DNA of 63,965 nucleotides, the filler included, from Lenisia limosa (lineage: Eukaryota; Protista; Breviatea), in assembly GCA_001655205.1 (NCBI GenBank). It is 9 parts of 9 records of this genome, joined end to end, with 100 filler letters (N's around TTAATTAATTAA, not from the genome) between each part and the next. Parts side by side here need not be neighbours in the genome. Positions count along the whole stretch, not along the records: positions 1 to 7,477 come from LPNZ01000422.1; positions 7,578 to 26,568 come from LPNZ01009160.1; 7 more parts are not named here. One strand, given 5' to 3'. The position numbers and the translations under genes are program-made. Every line of letters begins with the position of its first letter. Within the stretch, counting starts at the first letter, position 1. Shown piece by piece: positions 1-17,800 of this stretch. Under the pieces are notes generated by a model, which was given only the letters and a program-made list of their open reading frames with translations, was not told where the DNA came from and did not search any database.

Positions 1-29
1 GCCAACATTGTTTTTTTTATGATTTCCAG

Positions 30-779
30 AACGATTTGAGTCTATGAAGAACCGTGGATGCTACTATATCAATGTGGTTGAAGATAAAGCTACTCAGAAA
101 GTGGTTGCATCAGCTACTCTCTTGATTGAGCAGAAAGTATGTGCATTTCGATTTTCCTGTTTTGCCGGTCAAGCTAATCCTTAGTTCATTCATAGTTGCT
201 CAAGCTACGGTCATATCGAGGATGTGGTGGTAAGGGGGCGATTGAGTACATACTAGTATTTATGATATGGAGTAATTCCTCTATAGCAACGTTTGGAACT
301 CATTCTTGAGAAAAGAAAAGCTGTCACCACGCTCGCAGTCTTCCTAATTTTCTCAGGTTGAAAGTAGTTATCAGGGCCAGAAGTTAGGAAAAGCTGTAAT
401 TGAAGCGTGTCTCTTTTGTGCGCGTTCTTTGGAACTTTTCAAAGTACATTTAGGTGGGTTAGGTTGCAAATGTTCACTGGGACATGTTTCTGTTTTGGGA
501 TGAATTGGATGTATTCGTATTCAATCATTTCAGTTTTTACCTTTAGAATAACCTCAAACAGTCTGAGTAAGCATAAAAAACATAATGTGATACATGTATA
601 TTGGCTCTGTTTTGAGGATTATTTGACATGAACAAGGTTACATAGATATTGATTGGATGCTTAGCAATTTAGACGCCCGAGAGGCTGCCATTCCCTTTTA
701 TGAAAAGTTTGGAATGAGGATAAACTCGCAATCGATGGCTATTTATCTTCAAAAAGGAAGTGCGCCAGGAAAATGCTAG
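30..779 (+). CDS. GNA1: Glucosamine-6-phosphate N-acetyltransferase, 3' part (5' exons upstream of the window)
   Basis: Spliced exons read YYINVVEDKATQKVVASATLLIEQK|FIHSCSSYGHIEDVV|VESSYQGQKLGK...DAREAAIPFYEKFG...*, matching GNA1/GNPNAT1 motifs (LLIExKFIH, GHIEDVVV, GxxLGK, FYEKxGF). GT-AG introns at 137-184 and 230-356. One internal exon is unresolved. Confidence 0.85.
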
Positions 780-938
780 GCCTATTCTGTTTTTGCGTTT
801 TTGCATGTTTCGTTTTTTTATTGTCGTTAGGTTACTTTGTGTATTCAATGTTTGTTTTTATGATTGATGATTGATATATATTTGATGTCAAAATGTATTA
901 AGTGAGGAGATTGGGAGATTGTTTGTGAAGTTGTGAAG

Positions 939-6772
<5,834 letters not shown>

Positions 6773-7179
6773 TCGACAAGGAGTGGGTTTTCAGGTATGT
6801 TGATAGTTTGTAGTGGTTGAAAGCAAGGTTTTAGTATGGTTTGTGTGGAAAGTTTCTTCTATTTAATGTAATAATTGTGATTGTATTTTCCAAGGCCTGA
6901 GCCATTTAGTAATAATTGTGATATTTTCCAAGGCATATTTAGCATTTTTAGCATTCTAACTGACCCTTTTCTGCAGCTGAGCAGCTGATGAAATGTTGCA
7001 AACATATGATATCTATCATTCATATAGTCATATAATCATATAATAATCTGATAATAAAAGAGCCATTAAAGGTGCATTAACACATTAACTGTATTAAACA
7101 TAAAGTCAATCTGAAGTCAGGGAGAGACAAAAGAGAAACGAAACCCGGTTTGTTGCCTCCCGAACTTGTGATCTTTAGA

Positions 7180-8106
7180 TCTCAAATATTGCGGAAATTT
7201 TTTACCTTTCTTTGTTCGCAAGAAGCAAGAAGTGAGCAATAATAAAATACTACAATACTAATAAAAAACACGAAAAGAACAGGAGAATAGCGAGAATTAC
7301 AGTGTACAGAGAGAAACCAAGCAGATCATTTTGGCGATCAGGGCGTCTCCCCTACCTCTCAGCCGGCCCTCCCATGGTTAAACCATCCCCATCATGACAC
7401 AGCAGGGAATTCAAGTATGTTACATGTTATATAGCTTTTGTTTGAATGTTACCCCCCCCCCCCTTCTCTCCACTTCGNNNNNNNNNNNNNNNNNNNNNNN
7501 NNNNNNNNNNNNNNNNNNNNNTTAATTAATTAANNNNNNNNNNNNNNNNNNNNNNNNNNNNNNNNNNNNNNNNNNNNGTAATATTATATAAACAAAAAAA
7601 AGTCCTAATCAACTCTTTTGGCTGACAACACAGGAGGATCGATAGTAACAATACAAACACAGCCCAGGCCAGTCGCTTCTGCAAATAGCGCTATATATCC
7701 AAATATAGTCTGATAAACAAGCTTCCTTATCCTGATAAGTAGATAAGCTTCCCCTTAGTCCTGAAAAGACTGAATTGCTTCGAGATTCACCCAACATTAT
7801 CAAGAAATTCACTCCGAATAAGAAGTATTTCAGTGTTGTGTACTGAGCAAGATGAAAATAAAGCAAAAAGATAAGATGGATCATGGAGATATGAATGACC
7901 AATAAACTCAAGTGGTGAGTAATTGAAGGAAACCATCAATATCATGCAATACTGTGACAAATGCAGATTTTTTAGCAACTTATTACATTACAGAGCACAA
8001 GAACTGTGGACAGGTCGAATAGGAACCTCAAAAGTCCAAAAGTGAAAAAAGGAAAGCGCATACCTGTGGGAAGTTTGGCGTAAAGGAACGCTGTTCTGCT
8101 ACTCAT
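7180..8106. CDS. Small hypothetical spliced gene, strand unresolved
   Basis: A plus-strand chain is phase-consistent (…PALPWLNHPHHDTAGNS|SPEKTELLRDSPNIIKKFTPNK|KAQELWTGRIGTSKVQK*). A minus-strand start MSSRTAFLYAKLPT|gtatgc and intron-like T skew on the minus strand are also present. Interrupted by a gap. Confidence 0.3.
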
Positions 8107-8888
8107 GGCTAAATAGCCGTTAATTGAAGGTCGAAAGGATCAGTAGGGGTTCTTTTAGCTTAAGGAAATTGGAAGACTGATTTGGTTCTTCGTTTTTATG
8201 GTATTGACTTTCAAATTTAATATTAAGAGTTTAAGATTAACTGTTTCCGATGTATATTTACCGGATCGAGTAAGAAAGAGGAGAATTCTGAAATTTCTAC
8301 AACATAAACCTTATTATGTATTTTTGGTGGGTACAAAATCATACGGGTCCAACTCAAATTAAAGTTAATTTCACTGTGGGTTCGATCCCCAACCAAAAGA
8401 ACTTTTTTAACACCGACCGAACCGACGGTTAATTTGTCCGATTTTTCTCCTTTTCTTTGTCTTTTCTGCTTCTCCCAGTTTCCCCCTCAGCACTGTAAGA
8501 TAACTAACAACAGCCAGAAGTGGGGTCCAACGCCAGAGTACAGTGTAACAGATTATCACTGTTCCCAAAATTCCATATTTCTGAACGTGATCCTGACGCA
8601 CGCATCAATATCACGTCGGCACAGCGTTAAATAGACTTCAATAAGGACCAAAGGACAGCTGAAGCAGGTAAGACAGGTGATAGGTCGTAACACAATTCTC
8701 ATTTGCATAACGGAGGATCTTCTTTCATCATATGAAAGTCCTGTTTTGCGCTTTTTGACCTTTATTATTATATATCATATGCCAATACCGCAAATACTTT
8801 AGAATAAAGCCTTATGCACATAGCATGTCACCCACCCACCAATATCCTACCAGATATATGATATAGTATCGATATTCCCTACAGGTCC

Positions 8889-11800
8889 ATGAGGGGAGGC
8901 ATGTGCGCAGTGTTGGGTGAATTTTATTCTAACGTTCTTGGGTTTTTTGTTTTGTGTTTAAAATATCCATTTCACCCCCCCCCCCCTNNNNNNNNNNNNN
9001 NNNNNNNNNNNNNNNNNNNNNNNNNNNNNNNNNNNNNNNNNNNNNNNNNNNNNNNNNNNNGCTGGAGTGATTGGATGCGGTTGCAGAAGCGACTGGCCTG
9101 ACCTTTATTTGTTTTGTTGTTATCAACACTCGTGTGTTGTCAGCCAAAAGAGTTGATTTTGGGCTTTTTTTTGAGATTTTTCACTTTACTCCCCTAGACA
9201 CCACTTCGGAGCTGCCTAGATGGATAGACGAGTTACTCCGGTTCGACCCTCGTCCGGAGACTCTTCCCATTCCCTTTCAAAACACACGTGAGCGTGGAAT
9301 AGAGCTTCACTTTCGGTTCCATAAAAACACTGGTAAAAGCCCGATAAATTATTGACAGATCCTCCATAAATTCCCAATAAATCCCCGATTAATTCCTGAG
9401 TATCGATTTGTCCGTCTTCATTATTTAGACAACCCTTTTGTTTCCATCCCCTATATTAGACGTTCACGTTAGGTTCCAAATACGGCTTCACTTCGGTTCG
9501 AAAAAAGCCTCAATTTCGATAAATCCTCGAAAATTATCGATATTTCACCGGTATTTTTCGAACTAAAGTGAAGCCCCAGCACTAAAAGACAGGTCAAATC
9601 TTGAGAGTTGAGAATTCAGTATTTTGGAACCGAAAGTTAAGTTCTAATAAATACAACCATTTAGCCTCAACCCAGCGTCAGCCGACAGGGGTATTCACTC
9701 AACTCGAGCGCGCACACACACTACCTGTATGCTGGGTCTGTTGAAAATCTACACTTAAGGTGGTCGTTGTTTTTTTTTGTTTCCTACATTTTCCAATTTT
9801 ACCTTTCCCCCTAGACAATCCCCCACCCCCAGGTTTGTTTTGTTGTTATCAACCCNNNNNNNNNNNNNNNNNNNNNNNNNNNNNNNNNNNNNNNNNNNNN
9901 NNNNNNNNNNNNNNNNNNNNNNNNNNNNNNNNNNNNNNNNNNNNNNNNNNNNNNNNNNNNNNNNNNNNNNNNNNNNNNNNNNNNNNNNNNNNNNNNNNNN
10001 NNNNNNNNNNNNNNNNNATTTTCGAAGATTTATCGAGATATTTAGTATTTTTTCGAACCGAAGTGAAGCCCTACTCATACCCCCCCCCAGCCACAGAAGA
10101 GACGTCAGTGACGTCATCGTTTCAGCGCAATGTTTTCAATGAGTTTCTTGAGGTTCATGTGGAGAACGAATTCCGGGACTTTCATATGGTACCTGGGGTG
10201 TACTTTGCGTACAGTTTATTTTGTTTTCTAATAATAAAAGTGAGAGGAAATTTTTGTATCTGACTCGGCTCATCAAGCTTCCTTCGACATTAACTATTCG
10301 ATATATTAGGTACATTTAGTTGCGATATTTTTTACATTAGTTGAGGATTTCCCCAGAAATTGCTCCATTTTTTGATCCAAAAAAAAACCTCTGAAATATT
10401 CCAATTCTGTCCATTTTTCCCCATAGACATAAGAATCTTAACAACCCTCAAATATTTTAATTCTGACTATTTTAGAAAAAGATCAAAGGTTTCATTTTCC
10501 CAATGACCACTGTAAGAGGAGAGAAGGAGTATTTCAATCAGATGTATAGAGAGTCTATCGTATCATATCAATATATATATATATACATATATATATGTAC
10601 TTTTTTTCGCTTTCAAAATCGAACTAGGGATTGTTACGATCCGAAAAAGTCTGGTAAAATTTCGAAGTTTATTGAGGTTTTATCGGTAGTTCGTCTTTGC
10701 GGAACTGTATGGAAGCCCTACTTACGCCAGTCCTTGTGTTTTCTGATCACTCAGATCATTCTGGTGTTCTCGTGGATCTTTTTCATCCACTTCTTGATCC
10801 GGCGCTTCAAAGGCGTGGAATCCCTTGTGTTTTCTTTATCGTGGGGGAGGGGGTCTATGTTGTGGGTTGGGCTTCACTTCGGTTCGAAAAAGACCGATAA
10901 AATATCAATAAGTTTCGAAGATTTTTCGAGAAATTCAGTCTTTTTACGAACCGAAGTAAAGCCCTAGGTGGGGCGTGGGGGGTATTGTTTCTATTGTTGG
11001 GGGTGGTATGACAACATTTAGAGAACTATATGATTTTGAACCCCCAACAATAACAATGTTTAGAGAAATAATATACATTAAAAATCTTGGAAAACAAATA
11101 AATACAAAAGGATACCATTAACAAGTTACCATGCCATCTCTCCAGGTTTGCAGTCTTTCCTATTTTTTCGCTGTTCCAGTACTTCTTCTTCCGTAAATGC
11201 ACAGTCGAAACAAGTTAGTTGGTGTCAACTGCATCATAGAAGTGGAGATTAGTTTATCACAGTATTTGATTTTATCAAGAAAATAAGTATTATAGGGTAA
11301 TAAATTGAACTTAGCCTTCTGCAAGAGAGTTTTTGTCATTAGGGAAGCACTGATATTGTAGGAGCGAAGTATTACCAAATCGTCCTAGTCAGCAACTCCA
11401 TTTGTCTTCTCCTTGCTTGTGAGATTGGGCTCTTTGAGAGGAATTTAAATAAATACATGAAATGAAATAAAATCTACATAAGCATAGAGATACTATGAAA
11501 CAAATTGCCATACTTCAGCGTTTTTTCGCTCCTCAGAGCCCCCCTCACCAAACATAATAGGTGCCCGGGACCCCCTGAATACTAAGGGGGGGTAATAGTG
11601 ATGGGTTTTTCAGTTGAAGATCCTTTTTTCATCCAAGTAACCTGCTTTTGTCTTTAAGGAATATTGAGGCGGCAGAGTCTTTACAATCTGCCGCCTCAAT
11701 ATTCCTAAAAGAGATTTGTGTCCCTTTGACAGTCACACCCATTCACCTCATTTACCCCAATAACAATTAACCCAACTATTTGCCTTTCAACTATGTTTAC

Positions 11801-14800
11801 TCAGTTTTCTGAATGCCTTCACAACAGTTGGATAGCATTCTCGTTTTGACACTACTACATGTAGAAATGAGAAAGAAAAACAAGGTAGTATCTGGCCGAA
11901 ACCGTCCACACCATCACGCTTATACGAGATATTGGATTATAGTATTAATTGAATTTGCCCATTCGATACTCCTTATTCATTCCAATACCACCATTTAACT
12001 CCCCCATTTATAATACCTCCATTTAACTACTGCTTCCGATACTCATTTTGACATTCCTTCTTCATTCCAAAACCCTTATTTGCCAATCCTTCATTCCTCA
12101 ATATGACTCTTTGACTCTCCTTATTCATTGCTCTATTTGAAACTCCTTCATTCCTCTATTTGACACTACTAGACACGATTCCGTTACTCGAGGAAGGCCA
12201 GCTTGACTCCGACAACACCAGTGTTGTATGGGGGAGGGAGGGGGCATTAATATTATTTTATTTATTTTTTGTCAAGAAACTATATTATATATAAAGATAA
12301 GAATACACAGGGCTTCTATAGTGATAAGTCCAATAGTATACACTCGTACGATAGTTGACCGACAATTCTTATTGCTACTCTGAGAAACCTAAACCTTTGT
12401 GTTATTTTCGTTCATCATTTGGATTTGAAAGTCGGTCATATGATCATATCACTAGTGGATATGTGTTATCAACACGACTTGGATTCTAATTTCCCAGATC
12501 TTCACATACCCGCTGATTGTCCTCATGAATCCCCTCGTCTTCCAGTGTCTCTTTAGGTAAATATGTGGTCATATTATTGTAATTATCAGATAAAAGATGT
12601 CACTAAAATTTTTATATGCACTCTACTTCTCTTAATCAAATGTACCTGGTTCAGTAAATCAGCTTTTTTTTATCATTATGTTCAAATTACGGCTTCACTT
12701 ACGATAAATCCTTGATATATCCTCGATAAATATGGATATTTTTACTGGTATTCCGTATGTTGTGAAGACTTCAAATCCTTTTCTAAATGCTATAATGAAG
12801 TTACAAACTTTTAACCGTTACAGCACTAACTCTGTGTGTTTCCCTTTGTCTTGTTAATACATATTGTATCATATATTTATTTTTAAAAAAACACAAACAA
12901 TTTAACTAACACCTACAGACCCACCGTACTGGTGACATGGGCACTGACTTTCTACCTCTGGGTGGTGTACTTATATGGAGGACGGACCGAGATGGTGTAC
13001 AATCAAGATGACAGTCGATGGGGCTTCCTTGTCCAGATGTCCGTCTTCAACGTCGTGTTTTCGTGAGTGTGGACTGGATATCTTTTCGTGGGGTGGGGGG
13101 TTGCATGTTTTTAACCCGTGTATACTTTACAATTCATTGTTATTTCATTGATTTCCAATTTCCTCTAGGATGCGGTGATGCAGAAGCGACTGGACTGGGA
13201 TNNNNNNNNNNNNNNNNNNNNNNNNNNNNNNNNNNNNNNNNNNNNNNNNNNNNNNNNNNNNNNNNNNNNNNNNNNNNNNNNNNNNNNNNNNNNNNNNNNN
13301 NNACAAATTCTAATTTAACTCCCGCCCCCCCTCCCCCACAGATTCTCATTCCTCCGTTTTGATCTTTCGATCCGAAATGAATTCCTCCTCCGTCGGAATC
13401 TGCAGATTGAGAACCGAAAGCTTGCGGCCCGCGTTGACGCTGCCACAGCCTTGAGGAAGAAGACTGAGGGGGGAGAGGTGGGAGGGGGTTGACTCTGTTG
13501 TATTGTTTTTTGTCTTTCTTTTTTTCTTTGAGAAGAGGGTAGTTGATCGTTACCCCCAGGGATGCCGTAATTTCACCCTCATAGGTTAAGCATTGATCCT
13601 CACACCATTTATATTTTTGATCTTGACTTTCCGTAGGAAGTTGACAAGGAAACCCGCGATTGGCTTCTCAGAAACTACGCGTCCAAAGAAGAGCGGGTGG
13701 GGGGGATGCCGGGTATTTTGAGTAGTCAAAGGGATAAAAGAGGTTAGCTAATGTTTTTTTGTTTTAATTTGTTTTATCACTTCACCCCTTAGGAAAAGGA
13801 GAGTCGCCCACGTAAGATGAGTGTTGTCAGCATGACCTCTTCAGTCGCTGCCAGAGTGGGGGTGGAGTGTGAGGTACATTGTGTGTATTTGTTTGTTTTT
13901 GTATGTGTGTGTGTATGTGTGTGTATGTGTCTCTGTGTGTGTGTGTCTGTGTGTGTGTGTATTCTGTGTATGTGTGTGGTATGTGTGAATGTGTTTCTGT
14001 GTGTATGTGTGTGGGTACATTATTACAGAGTTCACCTTTTTTAGGTGAGACCCACCCCGAAGCAGAACAAGTCTCCAGAGGTTGGCCCCTTTGTTTGTTC
14101 TTGTAGATTAGGGCTCCGTGCAATTAATTTTTTGGGGATATCAATTGATAAAATTTGAAATTATAGTGTCTGGAATAGGGTTCTCGTTCTTATATGTCCG
14201 ACTTCATATTTTGAAATTATTTTCAATTAATGCATGAAGCCCTAGGTAGTATATACTGGCTTCTGCTTGAACCAAGCAAGTGTAAAATGTGCTATTTTCT
14301 TTGATTTTACAGACACGAGCTATTCAAGGATATTTCCATTTCCTTTCCATCTTCACCATTTTCACCCTTTTCGCCACCTTCCCTTCAATTTGTTTATCAG
14401 TGTTCATGGACAATTCAGCACCACTTCCCTTCTCTCATTTCTAATGCCCATAAACTGCTGTCTTATTTCTCAGGCTCATAAGCTGATGATGCAAATGGGG
14501 CAATTCGTGTCCCCAACATTCAAATACTGCCAAGCCTCGGACTGCAATTTGACTGAACTTGTGGGTCACACAAATAACCAATCATTACCTCAAATAGTAA
14601 ATTACCACTCCCCCTCTTAAATAATCATGAAGTCTTCTTTTTTCACCTGCCCTCAATAATATTTTTGAAATGTCCTTTGTTTTCCTTCATCACTTGATTT
14701 GGGCTTGTTTCATAAATTTTCCAAAATTGACTCCTCCCCCTCCCAGGCTCTCCACCTCTTCCTGACATCCAACACCATTCTGAGCCTTGGTATCAGCGTC

Positions 14801-17800
14801 GTCAAACTCCGAACATTCCTTGAAAGGGTGGGCCGGGTGTTGTTACCTTGAAAGGGTGGGCCGGGTGTTTGTTATCTCTCCTAAAGGTGGTGTTTATATC
14901 GTCTCTTTTTTAAAAAATATTTTGGTTTTTTGTTCATAAAATACTACTTTTATCATTTTTTATTTTTTAACTACAGACGCTGCCACCCCCTTTAAGATGA
15001 GCCCTTTGTCTGGGGTGGAAGGGTGTTAATAGGCTTCAGTCAGCTTCTGATAATGGCTGAAATAATCGATATATTTCGATATTTTACCAATTTATTTTTT
15101 GGACCCGAGTGAATCCCGAGGTGCCAGGTAGTTAACCATTAATTTCCTTTTTAGTTGAGTGTCAAGTACAAGGCAAATCCCTATCACAACATCGAACATG
15201 CTATCGAAGTTATGTCCTGTATCTTCTACCTTGTTTCCTATGTAAGTGGTAATTTAGTATTTCTATGAAAAAGGGGATGATATGTTTCCGTAAGTGGTAG
15301 TGTAGGCGGTTATTGTCTGCAAAATTTGGCGTTGTTGTTCTGTTTTCTGTCTTGACAATTTAGCCAAACATTCGGCCTCACCTGACTACCCAAGAAGGTT
15401 GGAGAGGGGGAAAGGGGGGAGTGATTGGAGAGGGGGGGCTGAATTGGGCATATGTGGAGATGAAAAATAAAACATATTACATATAAATTTTCCAATGTTA
15501 CCCCCCCCCCTCCGCAGTGTTTACGGCGCTCTTGGCAGCAGTTTGCCATGACGTCGACCACGTCGGCTTCAATAACGCCTATCTGGTCACTACTCGGCAT
15601 AAAACGGGTAAGGGAGGGTTATTGATTTTAGATTTTTCTTACTTTTATTATTATTGTTTTTTTATAGTTTTCCTCACCCCCTTTAGCGATTGCCCACAAC
15701 GACTTGTCACCAATGGAGCGTCATCATTGCTCTACCTCAATCCAGCTGATGGAAGAAGCTGGCCTCCTGGAGTGCTTCGACATTGAAACTGCTAAGGACG
15801 TACGGGGGAAATGTGTTTAGGGGAAGAAAGAAAGGTTGTTAAATAATGGGAGGATGGTAGTTGATTTGGTGGGTTTTCTCCCTTACATTTTCCAATTTTA
15901 CCCTCCTTGCCAGGTTCGACAACTCTTCGTTCAGCTAATCCTTGCAACTGGTTGGTGTTTCTGGCGTATTAGGAAGATAATGGGTTTGTGTCAAATGATG
16001 TCCTTTAATACTATGAAATAGCTCAAATACTCCCGCCTCTACTTGGTAACCTTTATATCCCCTCGATCACCATCCCTCTCACTGTCCCCTTTCACACTGC
16101 AGATATGACGCAGCATTTTGGACTGATTAACGAACTTCGCAGTTCGACCGGTCTGGACTCTGGTTGGGGGGAGTAAAACCAAGGAAATTTCGATTAAAAA
16201 TATTGGCGTAAAGGTACAAATCACGAACCAAAAAATCTGAAACTCCNNNNNNNNNNNNNNNNNNNNNNNNNNNNNNNNNNNNNNNNNNNNNNNNNNNNNN
16301 NNNNNNNNNNNNNNNNNNNNNNNNNNNNNNNNNNNNNNNNNNNATTATGTTTTAGACAAGTTTGACCTGTCAACGCAGAAGCAAAAGGGCCTCCTTCTCA
16401 GCATCGCGCTTAAGGTAAATTCGTGCCCTCCAAATCATCATCATCATCACAACTGCTCCCTCCCCTCTTGTTTTTTAGCCCGGACTTTTTTTTAACAACA
16501 GTGTGATATTTTTTATATTCAAACAACCAATCTTCTGCTGGAGCCCCCCCCCCCCCNNNNNNNNNNNNNNNNNNNNNNNNNNNNNNNNNNNNNNNNNNNN
16601 NNNNNNNNNNNNNNNNNNNNNNNNNNNNNNNNNNNNNNNNNNNNNNNNNNNNNNNNNNNNNNNNNNNNNNNNNNNNNNNNNNNNNCAGACATCGGGCATG
16701 TTGCAAAAGACATAGATTCAACCATTGTATGGACTGCTGTGAGTGGGGGAAGTTAATTTTGGCTCAGTCTTTTATTTTTTCTCGAGTGATTAAATTCGTC
16801 AAACATGAATGTCGTGTTATTGTTCATTTTTGGAACAATATCACTTCATTTTTTGTGTTTAACATACAACATGTCGACTCTCATTCAGTGTAGAGAATCA
16901 ACTTGATTGGGTTTTTCTTCTTGTTCCAAACAAAAGAAACAATCATATGAAAGTTCTAACCTAACCATATGCAGAGAATCAACTCGGAGTTCTTCAATCA
17001 AGGTGCCAATGAGGTGAGCTATCCTGGGCAAGATATGCTTCCCTACAGTCCGAAAAAAGACTTAATTTTCCGAAAAATTCTCGATAAATATCGATATTTT
17101 GACGGTCTTTTTTGTACCGTAGGGAGCCCTAAATACAGGGACTGTTGGGGGGTATTTAATTCATATTCTTTATCGAAATTTCCTTCAGTACACCCCCATC
17201 CAGCTGTAAAATAACGTTTCCCCCCAGGATCGTGCCTTTACATCAATATCCCACCGGGATCAGTGCCTTTACNNNNNNNNNNNNNNNNNNNNNNNNNNNN
17301 NNNNNNNNNNNNNNNNNNNNNNNNNNNNNNNNNNNNNNNNNNNNNNNNNNNNNNNNNNNNNNNNNNNNNNNNNNNNNNNNNNNNNNNNNNNNNNNNNNNN
17401 NNNNNNNNNNNNNNNNNNNNNNNNNNNNNNNNNNNNNNNNNNNNNNNNNNNNNNNNNNNNNNNNNNTGTTTTTGTTTAATGAACTTTCCAATTTTACTTT
17501 CATAACCCAAAGAAATTTTTTTGAAAAAGTTTCCAATTTATCCCCCCCCCCTAGACCTACCTCGGATTGCCAATTAGCCCCTTCATGGACAGGTCAAAAA
17601 TGGACATACCTAAGAGCCAACTAGGGTTTATTGACTTTGTTGTCAAGGTGGCTGGGGTAAAGTAACTGTGAATTTTGGGAAGGAGCGGATTTGGGACTTT
17701 GGTTGGGGGTGTGGTTGGATAATCTCGGATAATGCGTGGAATTGGGTAAATTAATATTTATAATTTAATATCTCTTTTAAGCGTGATGGTGTGGACGGCT

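Noticed and set aside
10690-10840. Alternative frame LRNCMEALLTPVLVFSD...LFHPLLDP resembling a DENN domain
   Set aside because: The hydrophobic frame (VRLCGTVWKPYL...) is the one phase-consistent with the downstream exon chain.
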